A DNA stretch of 64,000 nucleotides. Source: Candidatus Woesearchaeota archaeon. Its GTDB lineage: Archaea > Nanobdellota > Nanobdellia > Woesearchaeales > GCA-2687795. Positions 8,931 to 19,275 of this stretch are shown here, piece by piece. The translations under genes and the position numbers were made by a program. The number at the start of each line of letters is the position of its first letter. Position 1 is the stretch's first letter. The stretch is taken from positions 24,557 through 88,556 of the forward strand of contig NZBG01000003.1 of NCBI GenBank assembly GCA_002687795.1. Reading direction: 5' to 3'. A model generated the notes under the pieces. The model was not told the DNA's origin and made no database searches. It saw nothing but the letters and a program-made list of their open reading frames with translations.

Positions 8931-11149
8931 TGATAAAAGACTTCACCCCCCGGCTCTACCAGGAAACCATTCTCGCAACATGCACGGAGAAAAATACCTT
9001 AGTTGTGCTTCCCACAGGCATGGGCAAGACTGCAGTATCGCTTCTTCTTGGAATCCACAGGATGACCATTTATCCTGACTCAAAAATCCTTATACTTTCA
9101 CCCACAAAGCCTTTATGCCAGCAGCATGTGGACACTTTCAGGAAACATATGAAGATTGAAAAGGATAAAGTTGTGTTATTCACCGGTTCAGTAAGCCCTG
9201 AAAAGCGCAAAGAGGCATGGATTAATGCTAAGGTTATAGTAGCAACTCCCCAATCTATTGAAAACGATGTTATCAGCAACAGGATTCCCATGGAAAACGT
9301 TTCACTGGTTGTATTTGACGAAGCCCACAGGGCAGTTGGCGATTATGCTTATGTGTTTGTTGCAAAACAGTACAACAAGACATCAAGATGCCCCAAGATA
9401 CTTGCACTGACTGCATCGCCCGGCTCTGACATGGAAAAAATAAAAGAAGTTTGCAAGAACCTTTACATTGAAGAAATAGAAATCAGGACTGATGAAGATC
9501 CTGACGTCAAACCTTACATCAAAGAAATCAGTGTTGACTGGGTGGGAGTTGAGCTACCGCCAGTGTTTAAGGAAGCGCAGAAGTTTTTATCAGCTTTTCT
9601 TAAAGACAGGATGAAGAAGCTTAAGGATTGGGGACTTTTGAAAAGGCAGAATGTGAGCTATGTGAGCAAGAAAGACCTTTTACAGCTTCAAAGCCAGATA
9701 AGGGTTGACGCTATTGCTGAAAGGAATAATTTTACTTTATGGAGAGCGGTTTCTTTACTGGCAGAAGTTATGAAAATATATCATGGGCAGGAGCTGCTTG
9801 AGACTCAGGGAGTGGCTGCATTGCACAAATATCTTGAAAAGCTGCAGTCTGAATCAAGAACCACAAAGACAAAAGCTGTGAAAAATATTGTCCGCGACCT
9901 TAATTTCAGGTCAGCTTTGATTAAAGCTCAAAGGATGAAGGATGAAAAGCTTGAGCATCCTAAGCTTGTTGAGCTTCAGAGGATTGTGGGGAAAGAAACA
10001 AAAGCCAACAAAGACATCAAAATCATTGTATTCAACCAATATAGGGACAATGCACAGGACATTGAAGAAAAGCTTAACAGCATAAAAGATGTCAAGGCAA
10101 AGATCTTTGTTGGCCAGCTCAAGAAAGGAGATACAGGCCTCTCACAAAAAGAGCAGATTGAAAGGCTGGAAAGGTTTAAAGCAGGAGAATTTAATGTTTT
10201 AGTCGCAACCACTGTTGGAGAAGAAGGCCTGGACATTCCTCTGGTTGACATTGTTATCTTCTATGAGCCTGTTCCCTCAGCCATAAGAACCATCCAGAGA
10301 AGGGGAAGAACTGGAAGGCAGGAAAAAGGCAGAGTGATCATCTTATTTACAAAAGGAACAAGAGATGAAAGCTACAAATGGAGTTCTCACCATAAAGAAA
10401 AAAGGATGTACAGGAATCTCCAAAGCCTCAGGGGGAAAGTTGGCTTTTCATTAGATAAAATTCCTGAAAAACCTTTGCAGGAGTTTGTAAAAGATGAAGA
10501 GAAGATCAAGGTTTATGCTGATTATAGAGAGAAAGGTTCAAAGGTGATAAAAGAGCTTGTTGACTCAGGGTTTAATGTAACCCTTTCAAAGCTTGAGGTT
10601 GCTGACTATGTTCTTTCAAAGAGGGTAGGGGTTGAGTTCAAGAAAGTTGAAGATTTTGTGCAATCTATCATTGATGTGAGATTATTGCAGCAGGTTAAAG
10701 ATTTGAAAAGAAACTTTGAGAAGCCTTTAATGGTTATAGAAGGTGTTGAAGATATTTATTCTATAAGGAACGTGCACCCCAACTCTGTAAGAGGCATGCT
10801 TGCCACGATTGCAGTAAGCTATGGCATCCCAGTGCTTTACACCAAAAGCCCAAGAGAGACTGCTGAGCTATTCAGCGTGATTGCCAAAAGAGAAAACTCT
10901 GAAGACAGCAATGAATTCAACCCTCATGGAAGCAGGAAGCCTTTGACATTGAAAGAACAGCAGGAGTATATTGTTTCATCGCTTCCCGGAATAGGACCAA
11001 CCTTAGCAAAACCTCTTCTAAAAAAGTTCGGAACAGTAAAGAAAATCATCAACGCAAAACATGAAAAGCTGGAAAAAGTAGAAAAAATTGGCAAGCAGAA
11101 AGCAAAGCAGATAAAAGATGTTGTTGAAAAGAGTTACGGAGAAATATAA
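8930..11149 (+). CDS. hef: Hef-type helicase-nuclease (SF2 helicase + ERCC4 nuclease + HhH2)
   Basis: PTGMGKT, DEAH, TASPG and QRRGRTGR helicase motifs. C-terminal ERCC4 region (ADYVLSKRVGVEFKK...ERK-like) and LPGIGPTLAKPLLKKFG HhH. Confidence 0.85.
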   Translation: MIKDFTPRLYQETILATCTEKNTLVVLPTGMGKTAVSLLLGIHRMTIYPDSKILILSPTKPLCQQHVDTFRKHMKIEKDKVVLFTGSVSPEKRKEAWINAKVIVATPQSIENDVISNRIPMENVSLVVFDEAHRAVGDYAYVFVAKQYNKTSRCPKILALTASPGSDMEKIKEVCKNLYIEEIEIRTDEDPDVKPYIKEISVDWVGVELPPVFKEAQKFLSAFLKDRMKKLKDWGLLKRQNVSYVSKKDLLQLQSQIRVDAIAERNNFTLWRAVSLLAEVMKIYHGQELLETQGVAALHKYLEKLQSESRTTKTKAVKNIVRDLNFRSALIKAQRMKDEKLEHPKLVELQRIVGKETKANKDIKIIVFNQYRDNAQDIEEKLNSIKDVKAKIFVGQLKKGDTGLSQKEQIERLERFKAGEFNVLVATTVGEEGLDIPLVDIVIFYEPVPSAIRTIQRRGRTGRQEKGRVIILFTKGTRDESYKWSSHHKEKRMYRNLQSLRGKVGFSLDKIPEKPLQEFVKDEEKIKVYADYREKGSKVIKELVDSGFNVTLSKLEVADYVLSKRVGVEFKKVEDFVQSIIDVRLLQQVKDLKRNFEKPLMVIEGVEDIYSIRNVHPNSVRGMLATIAVSYGIPVLYTKSPRETAELFSVIAKRENSEDSNEFNPHGSRKPLTLKEQQEYIVSSLPGIGPTLAKPLLKKFGTVKKIINAKHEKLEKVEKIGKQKAKQIKDVVEKSYGEI

Positions 11150-11152
11150 AAA

Positions 11153-11270
11153 GGTGGGACAGCTTCCCTGGCTTCCCATATAAAATACAGTACAACCAAG
11201 GACGTTGGCCTGTTTAACTTCTGAGATCGAACGAGATCAGGTGGAACCAAGCCACTATGGCCGTCCTCAC
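11153..11270 (-). rRNA. rrf: 5S ribosomal RNA
   Basis: The reverse complement reads GTGAGGACGGCCATAGTGGCTTGGTTCCACCTGATCTCGTTCGATCTCAGAAGTTAAACAGGCCAACGTCCTTGGTTGTACTG...GGGAAGCCAGGGAAGCTGTCCCAC. It has the 5S hallmarks GCCATAG, CCGAxCTCAGAAGTTAA, AGTACTG-like and GGGAA. The terminal helix GTG(A)GGACGGC pairs with GCTGTCCCAC. Confidence 0.9.
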
Positions 11271-11387
11271 TCTTTAATAATCTGATTTGATTTATAAAAC
11301 TAACGGAAATATAAAACCTCAAACAGTTATTACTCAATCACAGTAAAAATAGAACGGCTTAACTACCCTAATATCTTATTCCCTAAT

Positions 11388-12065
11388 ATGCCACAAGAAT
11401 TAACAGACTTAGTCAGGAATTTAGGGATTAGTGAAAAAACATTCGCTGGTGTGAATAAAGTAGGTAAAAGAATAGAAATCACGCCCTATGATGAATCTCA
11501 TGCAGATTTCTTTACTCATTGTTATAGCAGAGATAATGAAAGTCATTTAGGTTATTTTGTAACAAAAGGTTGGTCTCCATCTATTGAAGAGATGGTAGAT
11601 AAGTATGGTGACAAATATAAAGAATCTGCTGAATATTTAAAAGCAAGAGAAGAAAGACACCAAAACACGCTTAATAGAAATTCAAAAGACAGATATTTCT
11701 TCACTATTCTCGAAGAAGGGAGACCAATTGGATATGCTTCTGTTTCTGAGAAAGAAGAAGATGGTCAAAAGGTAGGGAGAGTGTCTGTCATGATAGGATT
11801 CCAAAAAGATTGTAATAAAGAAAGAGGTACTTTAGCGCTCCGTAAAATGCTTGAAATTCTAGCACAGTGTTCTGATTTTGAAGTCTATGATGGAAAGGTA
11901 GAAGAAAGTAATAATCCATCTTTAAAGATGATGAGGAAAGTCTTTGGTAGCGATATTGAGGTAACAAAAGACTTTGAAAATGTATATCAAACACTGGATG
12001 GAAAACCAGAAACTAGCGTAGTCCAAAGACAGTATTTCAAAAGACCACAGGAATTCTTCTTCTAA
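11388..12065 (+). CDS. GNAT-like acetyltransferase (weak call)
   Basis: Central YFFTILEEGRPIGYASV...GRVSVMIGF...RGTLALRKMLEIL resembles GNAT beta4-alpha3. No stronger motif is visible. Confidence 0.35.
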   Translation: MPQELTDLVRNLGISEKTFAGVNKVGKRIEITPYDESHADFFTHCYSRDNESHLGYFVTKGWSPSIEEMVDKYGDKYKESAEYLKAREERHQNTLNRNSKDRYFFTILEEGRPIGYASVSEKEEDGQKVGRVSVMIGFQKDCNKERGTLALRKMLEILAQCSDFEVYDGKVEESNNPSLKMMRKVFGSDIEVTKDFENVYQTLDGKPETSVVQRQYFKRPQEFFF

Positions 12066-12139
12066 GCAGTCTGATTCTTATATTCCACACAAAGAAAAGG
12101 ACAGCTTTTTAAATAAATAAACCTTTTTATTCCATTAAA

Positions 12140-13051
12140 ATGATCAACTACTTCAAAAAAACCGTAAAAGATGCTGAAATCAAAAGAATCGGCAGATTCG
12201 AAAGAGGCTGCTGGATTGAAGTAGTTGACCCCTCAGAAAAAGAAATAGAATACCTTCATAAACACTTTGGGCTGGACAAGCAGAACCTTATCTCTGGCAC
12301 AGACAAGCACGAAGTGCCAAGGGTAGAGGTTGACAACAAAGATATCTATATTATCCTAAAAATAATCTCCCCTGGCGACAAAAAGGACCTGCACACATTC
12401 ATGATAACCATAACAAGCGATTTTATTCTCACTCTATCAAAATACAGGCCGCAATTCATAGAAAGGATATTTGATAGGAAGATTGAATTCATAACAACCC
12501 AGAAGCTGAAATGCCTTCTGAAATTCTTCAGCATGATAAACAAAGACTTTGAGCGCTCAACGTATAGTATTGTAAGATCAGTCAACACAAAAAAAGATTC
12601 AATCATTAACTTAAGCGAGAAGGATATAAACGCATTGCTGGAACAGGAAAGCATACTAAACAACTTTGTATCTTCATATTATTACATAAACCTTCTATAC
12701 AAAAGAATCATAAAAAACGTGAAATTCTTTGAAGAAGACAAAGATATCATAGAAGACTTAATAATCGAGGCTCAACAGGGTCTTGACCTATGCAGGTCTT
12801 CACTAAGGACAATATCCAACATCAGGAACCACTTTGTTGTATTACTATCCAACAAGCTAAACAAAGTGATTACATTGCTGACAATCTTCACAGTCTTCAT
12901 CAGCGTGCCTGCAGCAATATCAGGATTATATGGAATGAACCTGTTACTGCCCCTGCAGAAAAGCCCTTTTGCCTTTTACTACATCACTCTTTTGGTTGTA
13001 GCAATATGGGTTGGGTTTGTTATATACTTTAAGAAAAGGAGAATTCTTTAG
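12140..13051 (+). CDS. corA: CorA-family Mg2+/Co2+ transporter
   Basis: Signature YGMN (LYGMNLLLP) between the two C-terminal TM helices, with a typical cytoplasmic N-domain. Confidence 0.85.
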   Translation: MINYFKKTVKDAEIKRIGRFERGCWIEVVDPSEKEIEYLHKHFGLDKQNLISGTDKHEVPRVEVDNKDIYIILKIISPGDKKDLHTFMITITSDFILTLSKYRPQFIERIFDRKIEFITTQKLKCLLKFFSMINKDFERSTYSIVRSVNTKKDSIINLSEKDINALLEQESILNNFVSSYYYINLLYKRIIKNVKFFEEDKDIIEDLIIEAQQGLDLCRSSLRTISNIRNHFVVLLSNKLNKVITLLTIFTVFISVPAAISGLYGMNLLLPLQKSPFAFYYITLLVVAIWVGFVIYFKKRRIL

Positions 13052-13077
13052 TAAACACAGTCTCTGTTCCTTAAACA

Positions 13078-14049
13078 ATGTACAAGCTCAAACAATCACC
13101 TGAAGATTTCATTGTAAAAGAAATAAGCAACATAGAGGTAACAGGAAAAGGAGACTACAGCTATTTCTTATTAAAGAAAAAGAATTATAACACACTAAGA
13201 GCCATAGAAAACATTGCAAAGTCTCTAAAGATCCCCAGCAAGTTCATAGGCTTTGCAGGCAACAAAGATAAAATCGCAATAACAGAACAGGTTATCTCTA
13301 TCAAAGCAGCAGGCAAAGAAAGAACAGAAAGGCTTCAGTTAAAAGATCTTAACCTAACATTCCTTGGCAAAGGAAACAAGCCTGTTTCATTAGGCGACTT
13401 AACAGGCAATGAATTCATAATAACAGTAAGAAACCTCACCAAGAAAGAAACAGAAAACCTCCAAAATAAAATAAAGAACAAAAAACTCCTCATACCAAAC
13501 TACTTCGGTGAGCAAAGGTTCTCAAAAAACAACAAATCAATCGGAAAACACCTAATCAAAAAAGACTTCAGTAAAGCAATTGAATTAATCCTCAAAAATA
13601 ACTCTGACTACAATCCTGAAATAAACGAACACCTGTCAAAAGCTCAGAATGATTTCATAGGAGCATTAAGAAACATCCCAAAAAAGCTTCTAAAGCTCTA
13701 TGTTCACTCTTATCAATCTTATCTTTGGAATCAAACAGTTGAAGAATACATAAACAAGAACGGCTTAAAAAACATAACCATCCCAATCATCGGCTTTGGA
13801 ACAGAAATCTATGACAAACAAATCAACGAAATCATCTCCAAAATAATAAAAAAAGAAAACATTGATTACAGGGATTTCATAATAAGAGAACTGCCTGAAC
13901 TAAGCGCTGAAGGTCAGGAAAGAAACATGCTCATAGAACTAACTGACTTAAAGATAATCAGCAAAGAAAAAGACAAAATAACATTAAGCTTTTCTCTGCC
14001 AAAAGGATGTTATGCTACTATTGTTATAAAATTTCTAATAATATTGTAA
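13078..14049 (+). CDS. truD: tRNA pseudouridine synthase TruD/Pus7 family
   Basis: SPEDFIVKE near the N-terminus, AGNKDK catalytic Asp motif, and NYFGEQRF. Confidence 0.8.
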   Translation: MYKLKQSPEDFIVKEISNIEVTGKGDYSYFLLKKKNYNTLRAIENIAKSLKIPSKFIGFAGNKDKIAITEQVISIKAAGKERTERLQLKDLNLTFLGKGNKPVSLGDLTGNEFIITVRNLTKKETENLQNKIKNKKLLIPNYFGEQRFSKNNKSIGKHLIKKDFSKAIELILKNNSDYNPEINEHLSKAQNDFIGALRNIPKKLLKLYVHSYQSYLWNQTVEEYINKNGLKNITIPIIGFGTEIYDKQINEIISKIIKKENIDYRDFIIRELPELSAEGQERNMLIELTDLKIISKEKDKITLSFSLPKGCYATIVIKFLIIL

Positions 14050-14171
14050 ATTTTCTCATAATATAATCTCCTTCTTTCCTTGTTTCATTTAAAAACAGCT
14101 CTTATTTTTGCCCTTTTTATTATGAAAAATCTTTTAATTAACTATATAAACCAAAAAGCAACAAAAAAACC

Positions 14172-15518
14172 ATGCAAAGAAAGCTATTTGACACAGACGG
14201 AATAAGAGGAGTTGCTAACCAATACCCTATAGACCCTGAAACCATGGTAAAGATCGGCAAAGCAGCTGCCCATGTATTCAAAAACAGCAAAAAAAGGCAC
14301 ATAATTCTTATAGGAAAAGACACAAGGATCAGCGGCTATGTGATTGAATCCGCATTAACCTCAGGAATATGCTCATTAGGAGTTGATGTTCTTCTTGTAG
14401 GCCCAATGCCTACCCCTGCGATTGCCCATTTGACCAAATCATTTGCAGCAGATGCTGGAATAGTTATCTCAGCCTCACATAACCCTGCAGAAGACAATGG
14501 AATAAAATTCTTCTCAAGCGACGGCTTCAAGCTATCAGACAATAAGGAACTGGAAATAGAGAAATATGTTTTCTCAAAAAAGGTCAACACAGAGCAAATC
14601 AAAGGGGAACTAATAGGCAAGGCATTCAGAATCAATGATGCAAGAGGCCGATATATAGAATTTGCAAAAAACAGCATAAAAAATAATTCATTATCAGGGC
14701 TAAAAGTAATAGTTGACTGCGCAAACGGCGCAACATACCATATTGCAGCCAAAATATTTAAGGAACTAGGAGCAGAAGTTACTGTTCTAAACAACAAGCC
14801 AAACGGATTAAACATCAACCTCAACTGCGGCGCTCTCCATCCAGAGGTTGTAAGAGAAGCAGTATTAAAAGAAAAAGCAGATATTGGAATATCCTTGGAT
14901 GGCGATGGCGATAGGGTAATAATGGCTGATGAAAAAGGCAACATAATCGATGGAGACTCAATAATGGCAATTTGCGGGCTTCATCTTCTGAAAAAGAACA
15001 AGCTTAAAGACAACACAATTGTTGCAACCGGCTACAGCAACCTTGCTCTTGATGAATTAATGAAAAAGAATGGAGGCAAAGTTATAAGAGCCCAAAACGG
15101 CGACAGGTATGTAATAGATGAAATGAGAAAAAACAGCTATGTCCTTGGAGGAGAGCAGTCCGGCCATATTATCTTCATGAACCAGACAACAACAGGAGAC
15201 GGTATCATAGCAGCTCTGCAGGTATTAAACATTATGAAAAAAACAGGAAAACCCTTATCAGAACTGGCAAAATGCCTAAAAAAATATCCTCAGGTCTTGG
15301 TAAACATCAATGTTAAAAAGAAGATTCTCTTTGAAGAGATGGAAGAGGTCAATGAAGAAATAAAAAAAGCTGAAAAAGAGCTAAAAGGAAGATTATTGAT
15401 AAGATACAGCGGCACACAAAACATTGCAAGAATCATGGTAGAAGGCAAAGATAAGAACAAGATTAATAAACTTGCAAATAAGATAGCAGAAAAGATAAAA
15501 AAAGAAATAGGTGTATAA
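14172..15518 (+). CDS. glmM: phosphoglucosamine mutase
   Basis: FDTDGIRG, SASHNP phosphoserine loop, DGDGDR metal loop and GGEQSGH. Confidence 0.85.
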   Translation: MQRKLFDTDGIRGVANQYPIDPETMVKIGKAAAHVFKNSKKRHIILIGKDTRISGYVIESALTSGICSLGVDVLLVGPMPTPAIAHLTKSFAADAGIVISASHNPAEDNGIKFFSSDGFKLSDNKELEIEKYVFSKKVNTEQIKGELIGKAFRINDARGRYIEFAKNSIKNNSLSGLKVIVDCANGATYHIAAKIFKELGAEVTVLNNKPNGLNINLNCGALHPEVVREAVLKEKADIGISLDGDGDRVIMADEKGNIIDGDSIMAICGLHLLKKNKLKDNTIVATGYSNLALDELMKKNGGKVIRAQNGDRYVIDEMRKNSYVLGGEQSGHIIFMNQTTTGDGIIAALQVLNIMKKTGKPLSELAKCLKKYPQVLVNINVKKKILFEEMEEVNEEIKKAEKELKGRLLIRYSGTQNIARIMVEGKDKNKINKLANKIAEKIKKEIGV

Positions 15519-16293
15519 AATGGATTTTATGAAAGTTGCAATCAAAGCTGCAAAAGCAGCAGGTGAAATCATAAAGAAAAGAGATTTAGGGAAAATAAAA
15601 GAAAAAACAATACCTGGCGACCTTGTTACAAAAGCTGATATTGAAGCTAACGATATAATTATAAAGATAATAAAAGAGAACTTCCCTGAGCATAATATAA
15701 TTTCAGAAGAAATACACTTTGATAATATTCCCTCAGGTTATACCTGGGTTATTGACCCAATAGACGGGACACTGCCTTACACTTTAGGCTTTGACTATTC
15801 TGCTGTATCTATCACATTAATGAAAGACCATGTACCTATCGTAACTGTAATCTTTCACCCAATGTTAAATGAGCTCTTTACCGCAGAGAAAGACAAAGGA
15901 GCCTTCATGAACGGAAAAAGAATAAAAGTTAGTAACGAGAACAGGCTCTCGCATAGTACTGGATATTGTTATTTCCTTAAAACCAACAGGAGCAAAGGTA
16001 TTAAGACAATCTTGCTTAAATTAGCTGATAAAGTAAAGTTCTTTTTTGAGACTGGCTGCGGCTGTTGGGATTTCACTAGAATTGCCCAGGGAAGAACAGA
16101 CTGGTTCACTCATGAGTACCATAGTATTTGGGACCTTGTGCCTGGTGTTTTATTAATAACAGAAGCAGGAGGCAAAGCAACAGACCTAGAAGGCAAGCCA
16201 TTAGACCTATCAAAGAAAAAGAATGCCTGTATCCTATCAAATGGAAAAGTCCATGATCAAATTATCAAAGCCATAAAAAAAGGTGATGAATAA
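15511..16293 (+). CDS. inositol monophosphatase / FBPase-family phosphatase
   Basis: ISEE, WVIDPIDGT and a WD-containing C-terminal motif. Overlaps the glmM stop by 8 nt. Confidence 0.75.
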   Translation: MYKMDFMKVAIKAAKAAGEIIKKRDLGKIKEKTIPGDLVTKADIEANDIIIKIIKENFPEHNIISEEIHFDNIPSGYTWVIDPIDGTLPYTLGFDYSAVSITLMKDHVPIVTVIFHPMLNELFTAEKDKGAFMNGKRIKVSNENRLSHSTGYCYFLKTNRSKGIKTILLKLADKVKFFFETGCGCWDFTRIAQGRTDWFTHEYHSIWDLVPGVLLITEAGGKATDLEGKPLDLSKKKNACILSNGKVHDQIIKAIKKGDE

Positions 16294-17480
16294 TGCAAGC
16301 CATAATCCTGGCAGCAGGACTTGGAACAAGAACATACCCTTTAACCCTAACAAGGCCAAAGCCCCTCCTAAAAGTAGCCAATAAAACAATAATAGAACAT
16401 AACCTTGAACAACTAAAAGGCCTGGTAGAAGAAGTAATCATTGTTATAGGGTACAAAGGAGAGATGATAAAAAAGCTTATTGGAAAGAGCTTTAACAAAC
16501 TAAAAATAACCTATGTCCTGCAAAAACAGCAGCTTGGCTCAGGACATGCTTTAGAGCTATGCAAAAACAAGCTCAAAGACAGCTTCATTGTCATGAACGG
16601 AGACGATATCTTCTGCAAAGAGGATATTGAAAGATGCCTTAAGCACAAATATTGTATTCTTGCAAAAAAGGTTGAGAATCCCTATATCTTTGGCATCTTA
16701 AAAGTTAAAGGCAAGTATGTCTTAGAAATCATAGAGAAACCAAAGAAGTACCTCTCTGCCTTGGCTAACACAGGGCTTTACCGACTCGACAAAGACATCT
16801 TTAATATAAAGCTTAAAAAAACTGCAAGGCAGGAATACGAAATTACCGATTATATCAATGAGCTTGCAAAAGAAAACAATGTTAGCTTTATCAAAGCAAA
16901 AGAATACTGGTTTCCTGTTTCTTACCCTTGGAGCCTGTTAAATGCAAACGAGTTCTTCATTAACAAAATTAACAAAAACGAAATAAAAGGCAAAGTTGAA
17001 AGCAATGTTATAATCAAAGATAAAATAATTGTTGGCAAAGGCACAACCATCAAATCAGGCTCATGCATTGAAGGACCTGTTATAATCGGAGAAAACTGCG
17101 AGATTGGCCCTAACTCTTACCTCAGGAAAGGCGCAACCATAGGCAACAACTGCAAAATAGGAAATGCATGCGAAATAAAGAATTCTATTCTCATGGACAA
17201 CACAAAAGTCCCGCACTTAAGTTACGTTGCAGACAGTATTATCGGTGAGAACTGCAACCTGGGTGCAGGAACAATCATTGCCAACCTAAGGCATGACAAA
17301 GAAAACGTCAAATCAAAAGTTAAAAATGAATTGATTGACACAGGAAGAAGAAAGTTTGGAGCTGTTATTGGAGACAATGTCCATACAGGAATCAACACCT
17401 CAATCTACCCTGGCAGAAAGCTCTGGCCAGGCATGAACACAGTCCCTGGAGAGGTTGTCAGGAAAGACATCACAGAATAA
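16293..17480 (+). CDS. glmU: bifunctional sugar-1-phosphate nucleotidyltransferase / acetyltransferase (archaeal GlmU-like)
   Basis: AIILAAGLGTRTYPLTLTRPKPLL NTP-transferase motif plus C-terminal hexapeptide (left-handed beta-helix) repeats. Confidence 0.8.
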   Translation: MQAIILAAGLGTRTYPLTLTRPKPLLKVANKTIIEHNLEQLKGLVEEVIIVIGYKGEMIKKLIGKSFNKLKITYVLQKQQLGSGHALELCKNKLKDSFIVMNGDDIFCKEDIERCLKHKYCILAKKVENPYIFGILKVKGKYVLEIIEKPKKYLSALANTGLYRLDKDIFNIKLKKTARQEYEITDYINELAKENNVSFIKAKEYWFPVSYPWSLLNANEFFINKINKNEIKGKVESNVIIKDKIIVGKGTTIKSGSCIEGPVIIGENCEIGPNSYLRKGATIGNNCKIGNACEIKNSILMDNTKVPHLSYVADSIIGENCNLGAGTIIANLRHDKENVKSKVKNELIDTGRRKFGAVIGDNVHTGINTSIYPGRKLWPGMNTVPGEVVRKDITE

Positions 17481-17481
17481 A

Positions 17482-19251
17482 ATGTGCGGAATAACCGGCT
17501 ACAAAGGAAAAAGGAATGCCTCAGAGATTGTGATCAAAGGCTTAAAGAAGCTTGAATACAGAGGCTATGACAGCTGGGGTATTGCTATCAAAACAGACAA
17601 TCACCTTAATGTCATCAAAAGGATTGGAAAGATTGGCGATGTTTCTTCTAAAGAATTAAAGCTAAAGAAATCAAGCTTTGGAATAGCGCACACAAGATGG
17701 GCAACCACCGGCAAAGTAACCCAGGAAAATGCTCATCCTCACCTTTCAATGGACAACAAAATAGCTGTTGTCCACAACGGCATCATAGAGAATTATCAGG
17801 AGCTAAAGAAATTCTTAACAAAGCAAGGCTTTAAATTCAGATCAGAAACTGACACAGAAGTAATCCCTCAGTTTATCCAATACTTCATGGACAAAGGCAA
17901 CAGCTTTAATGACGCTGTTATCAACACAATAAAAAAGCTGGAAGGAAGGTTTGCAATTGTTGCGATCAACAAAGATTATGACACAATGATAGGAGCAAGA
18001 AGAGGCTCTCCTTTAGTTCTTGGAGTTGGAAAAGATGAATTCTTCCTTGCATCTGATATCCCTGCTTTCCTTGAATACACAAAAGATGTAATATTCCTTG
18101 ACGATAATGAGATTGTATTCATCAACAGTAAGACTGAAATCAGAAACTTCCAGACAAACAAAAAGGTTGAAAAGAAAACTGAAAAGATTGACTGGGATGC
18201 TAAGGAAGCAGAAAAAGGCTCTTTTCCCCACTTTATGCTCAAAGAAATCCTTGAGCAAAAGGAAAGCATTGCAAGAGCAGTTAACCAGGACTTAGACGAA
18301 ATAAAAAGAATAGCAAAACTGATAAATGATGCCTTTGGAGTCTTTATTGTAGGCTGCGGCACCGCTGGCAAGGTATGCCACACTGCAACTTATTTATTCT
18401 CAAGGATAGCAGACAAGCATGTAAACTTCTCCTTTTCATCAGAGTTTCCAAACTACCAACACTTCTTAACAGACAAAACCCTGATGATAGCAGTATCCCA
18501 GAGCGGGGAAACCGCAGATACACTAGAAGCAATCGAAGCAGCAAAGAAAAAAGGTGTCAAAGTTCTCTCAATAGTAAACGTCTATGGCAGCTCAATGACA
18601 AGAATATCTGACTACAATATCTATGTCAAATCAGGCCCTGAGAAATGCGTTGCATCAACAAAGGTAACAACAGGCCAATTAGCAATATTAACAATGTTAG
18701 CTTATGCATGCGCAGGAAAACTGGAAGAAGGCACTAAACTCATAAAACAGACAATAACAGACATCAACAAAACAATAAACGACTCTTACCTTAAAAAGAT
18801 AAAATCATTAGCAGAAAAAATCAGGGACAATGAGAGCATGTACATAATCGGAAGAGGCCTTAACTACCCCATTGCCCTGGAATCTGCAATAAAACTCCAG
18901 GAAGTAAGCTATATCCATGCAGAAGGCTTTGCTGGCGGAGAGCTTAAGCATGGCCCTCTTGCCTTAATTGACAACAAAACACCCTGCATTGCATTAGTTG
19001 CAAACGATGAAACCAAAGCAGACATCCTTAGCAATGCAGAAGAGGTTAAATCAAGAGCTGGCCTTATCATAGGTGTAGCCCCTGAAAACAATCCTGCCTT
19101 TGATTATTGGCTGGAAGTGCCTGATTCAGGTAACTGCTCGCCTATTGTTAATATTATACCAGTACAGCTGTTAGCTTATTATTTATCTACTCTAAAAGGC
19201 ATTGATCCAGATTACCCAAAAAATTTAGCAAAGTGCGTAAGTGTAAAGTGA
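17482..19251 (+). CDS. glmS: glutamine--fructose-6-phosphate aminotransferase
   Basis: The start is reset to MCGITGY because the N-terminal Cys nucleophile must follow Met; the track start at 17455 is an upstream extension. Two SIS domains, ending in KCVSVK. Confidence 0.9.
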   Translation: MCGITGYKGKRNASEIVIKGLKKLEYRGYDSWGIAIKTDNHLNVIKRIGKIGDVSSKELKLKKSSFGIAHTRWATTGKVTQENAHPHLSMDNKIAVVHNGIIENYQELKKFLTKQGFKFRSETDTEVIPQFIQYFMDKGNSFNDAVINTIKKLEGRFAIVAINKDYDTMIGARRGSPLVLGVGKDEFFLASDIPAFLEYTKDVIFLDDNEIVFINSKTEIRNFQTNKKVEKKTEKIDWDAKEAEKGSFPHFMLKEILEQKESIARAVNQDLDEIKRIAKLINDAFGVFIVGCGTAGKVCHTATYLFSRIADKHVNFSFSSEFPNYQHFLTDKTLMIAVSQSGETADTLEAIEAAKKKGVKVLSIVNVYGSSMTRISDYNIYVKSGPEKCVASTKVTTGQLAILTMLAYACAGKLEEGTKLIKQTITDINKTINDSYLKKIKSLAEKIRDNESMYIIGRGLNYPIALESAIKLQEVSYIHAEGFAGGELKHGPLALIDNKTPCIALVANDETKADILSNAEEVKSRAGLIIGVAPENNPAFDYWLEVPDSGNCSPIVNIIPVQLLAYYLSTLKGIDPDYPKNLAKCVSVK

Positions 19252-19275
19252 TGTTCCTATAACATTAAAGATTTT

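Noticed and set aside
11134-11337. 67-aa minus-strand ORF
   Set aside because: It lies entirely over the 5S rRNA gene and is a translation of structural RNA.
12790-13032. Same-strand alternative-frame ORFs inside corA (12790-13032) and the 55363-55881 membrane gene (55293-55631, 55644-55856)
   Set aside because: The primary frames carry the GMN signature and coherent TM helices respectively. The alternative frames have no features.
14336-14944. Long antisense ORFs inside well-supported genes (14336-14944 in glmM; 36712-37230 in mtnP; 52300-52854 in DAHP synthase; 28169-28609 in SBDS; 60998-61441)
   Set aside because: Each lies opposite a gene with strong family motifs and translates to Ser/Leu/Pro-rich low-complexity sequence. 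These are typical shadow frames.
17455-17481. Upstream extension of glmS (MSGKTSQNK)
   Set aside because: GlmS needs Cys as the first residue after Met removal. MCGITGY at 17482 is the conserved start, and the extension overlaps the glmU 3' end.
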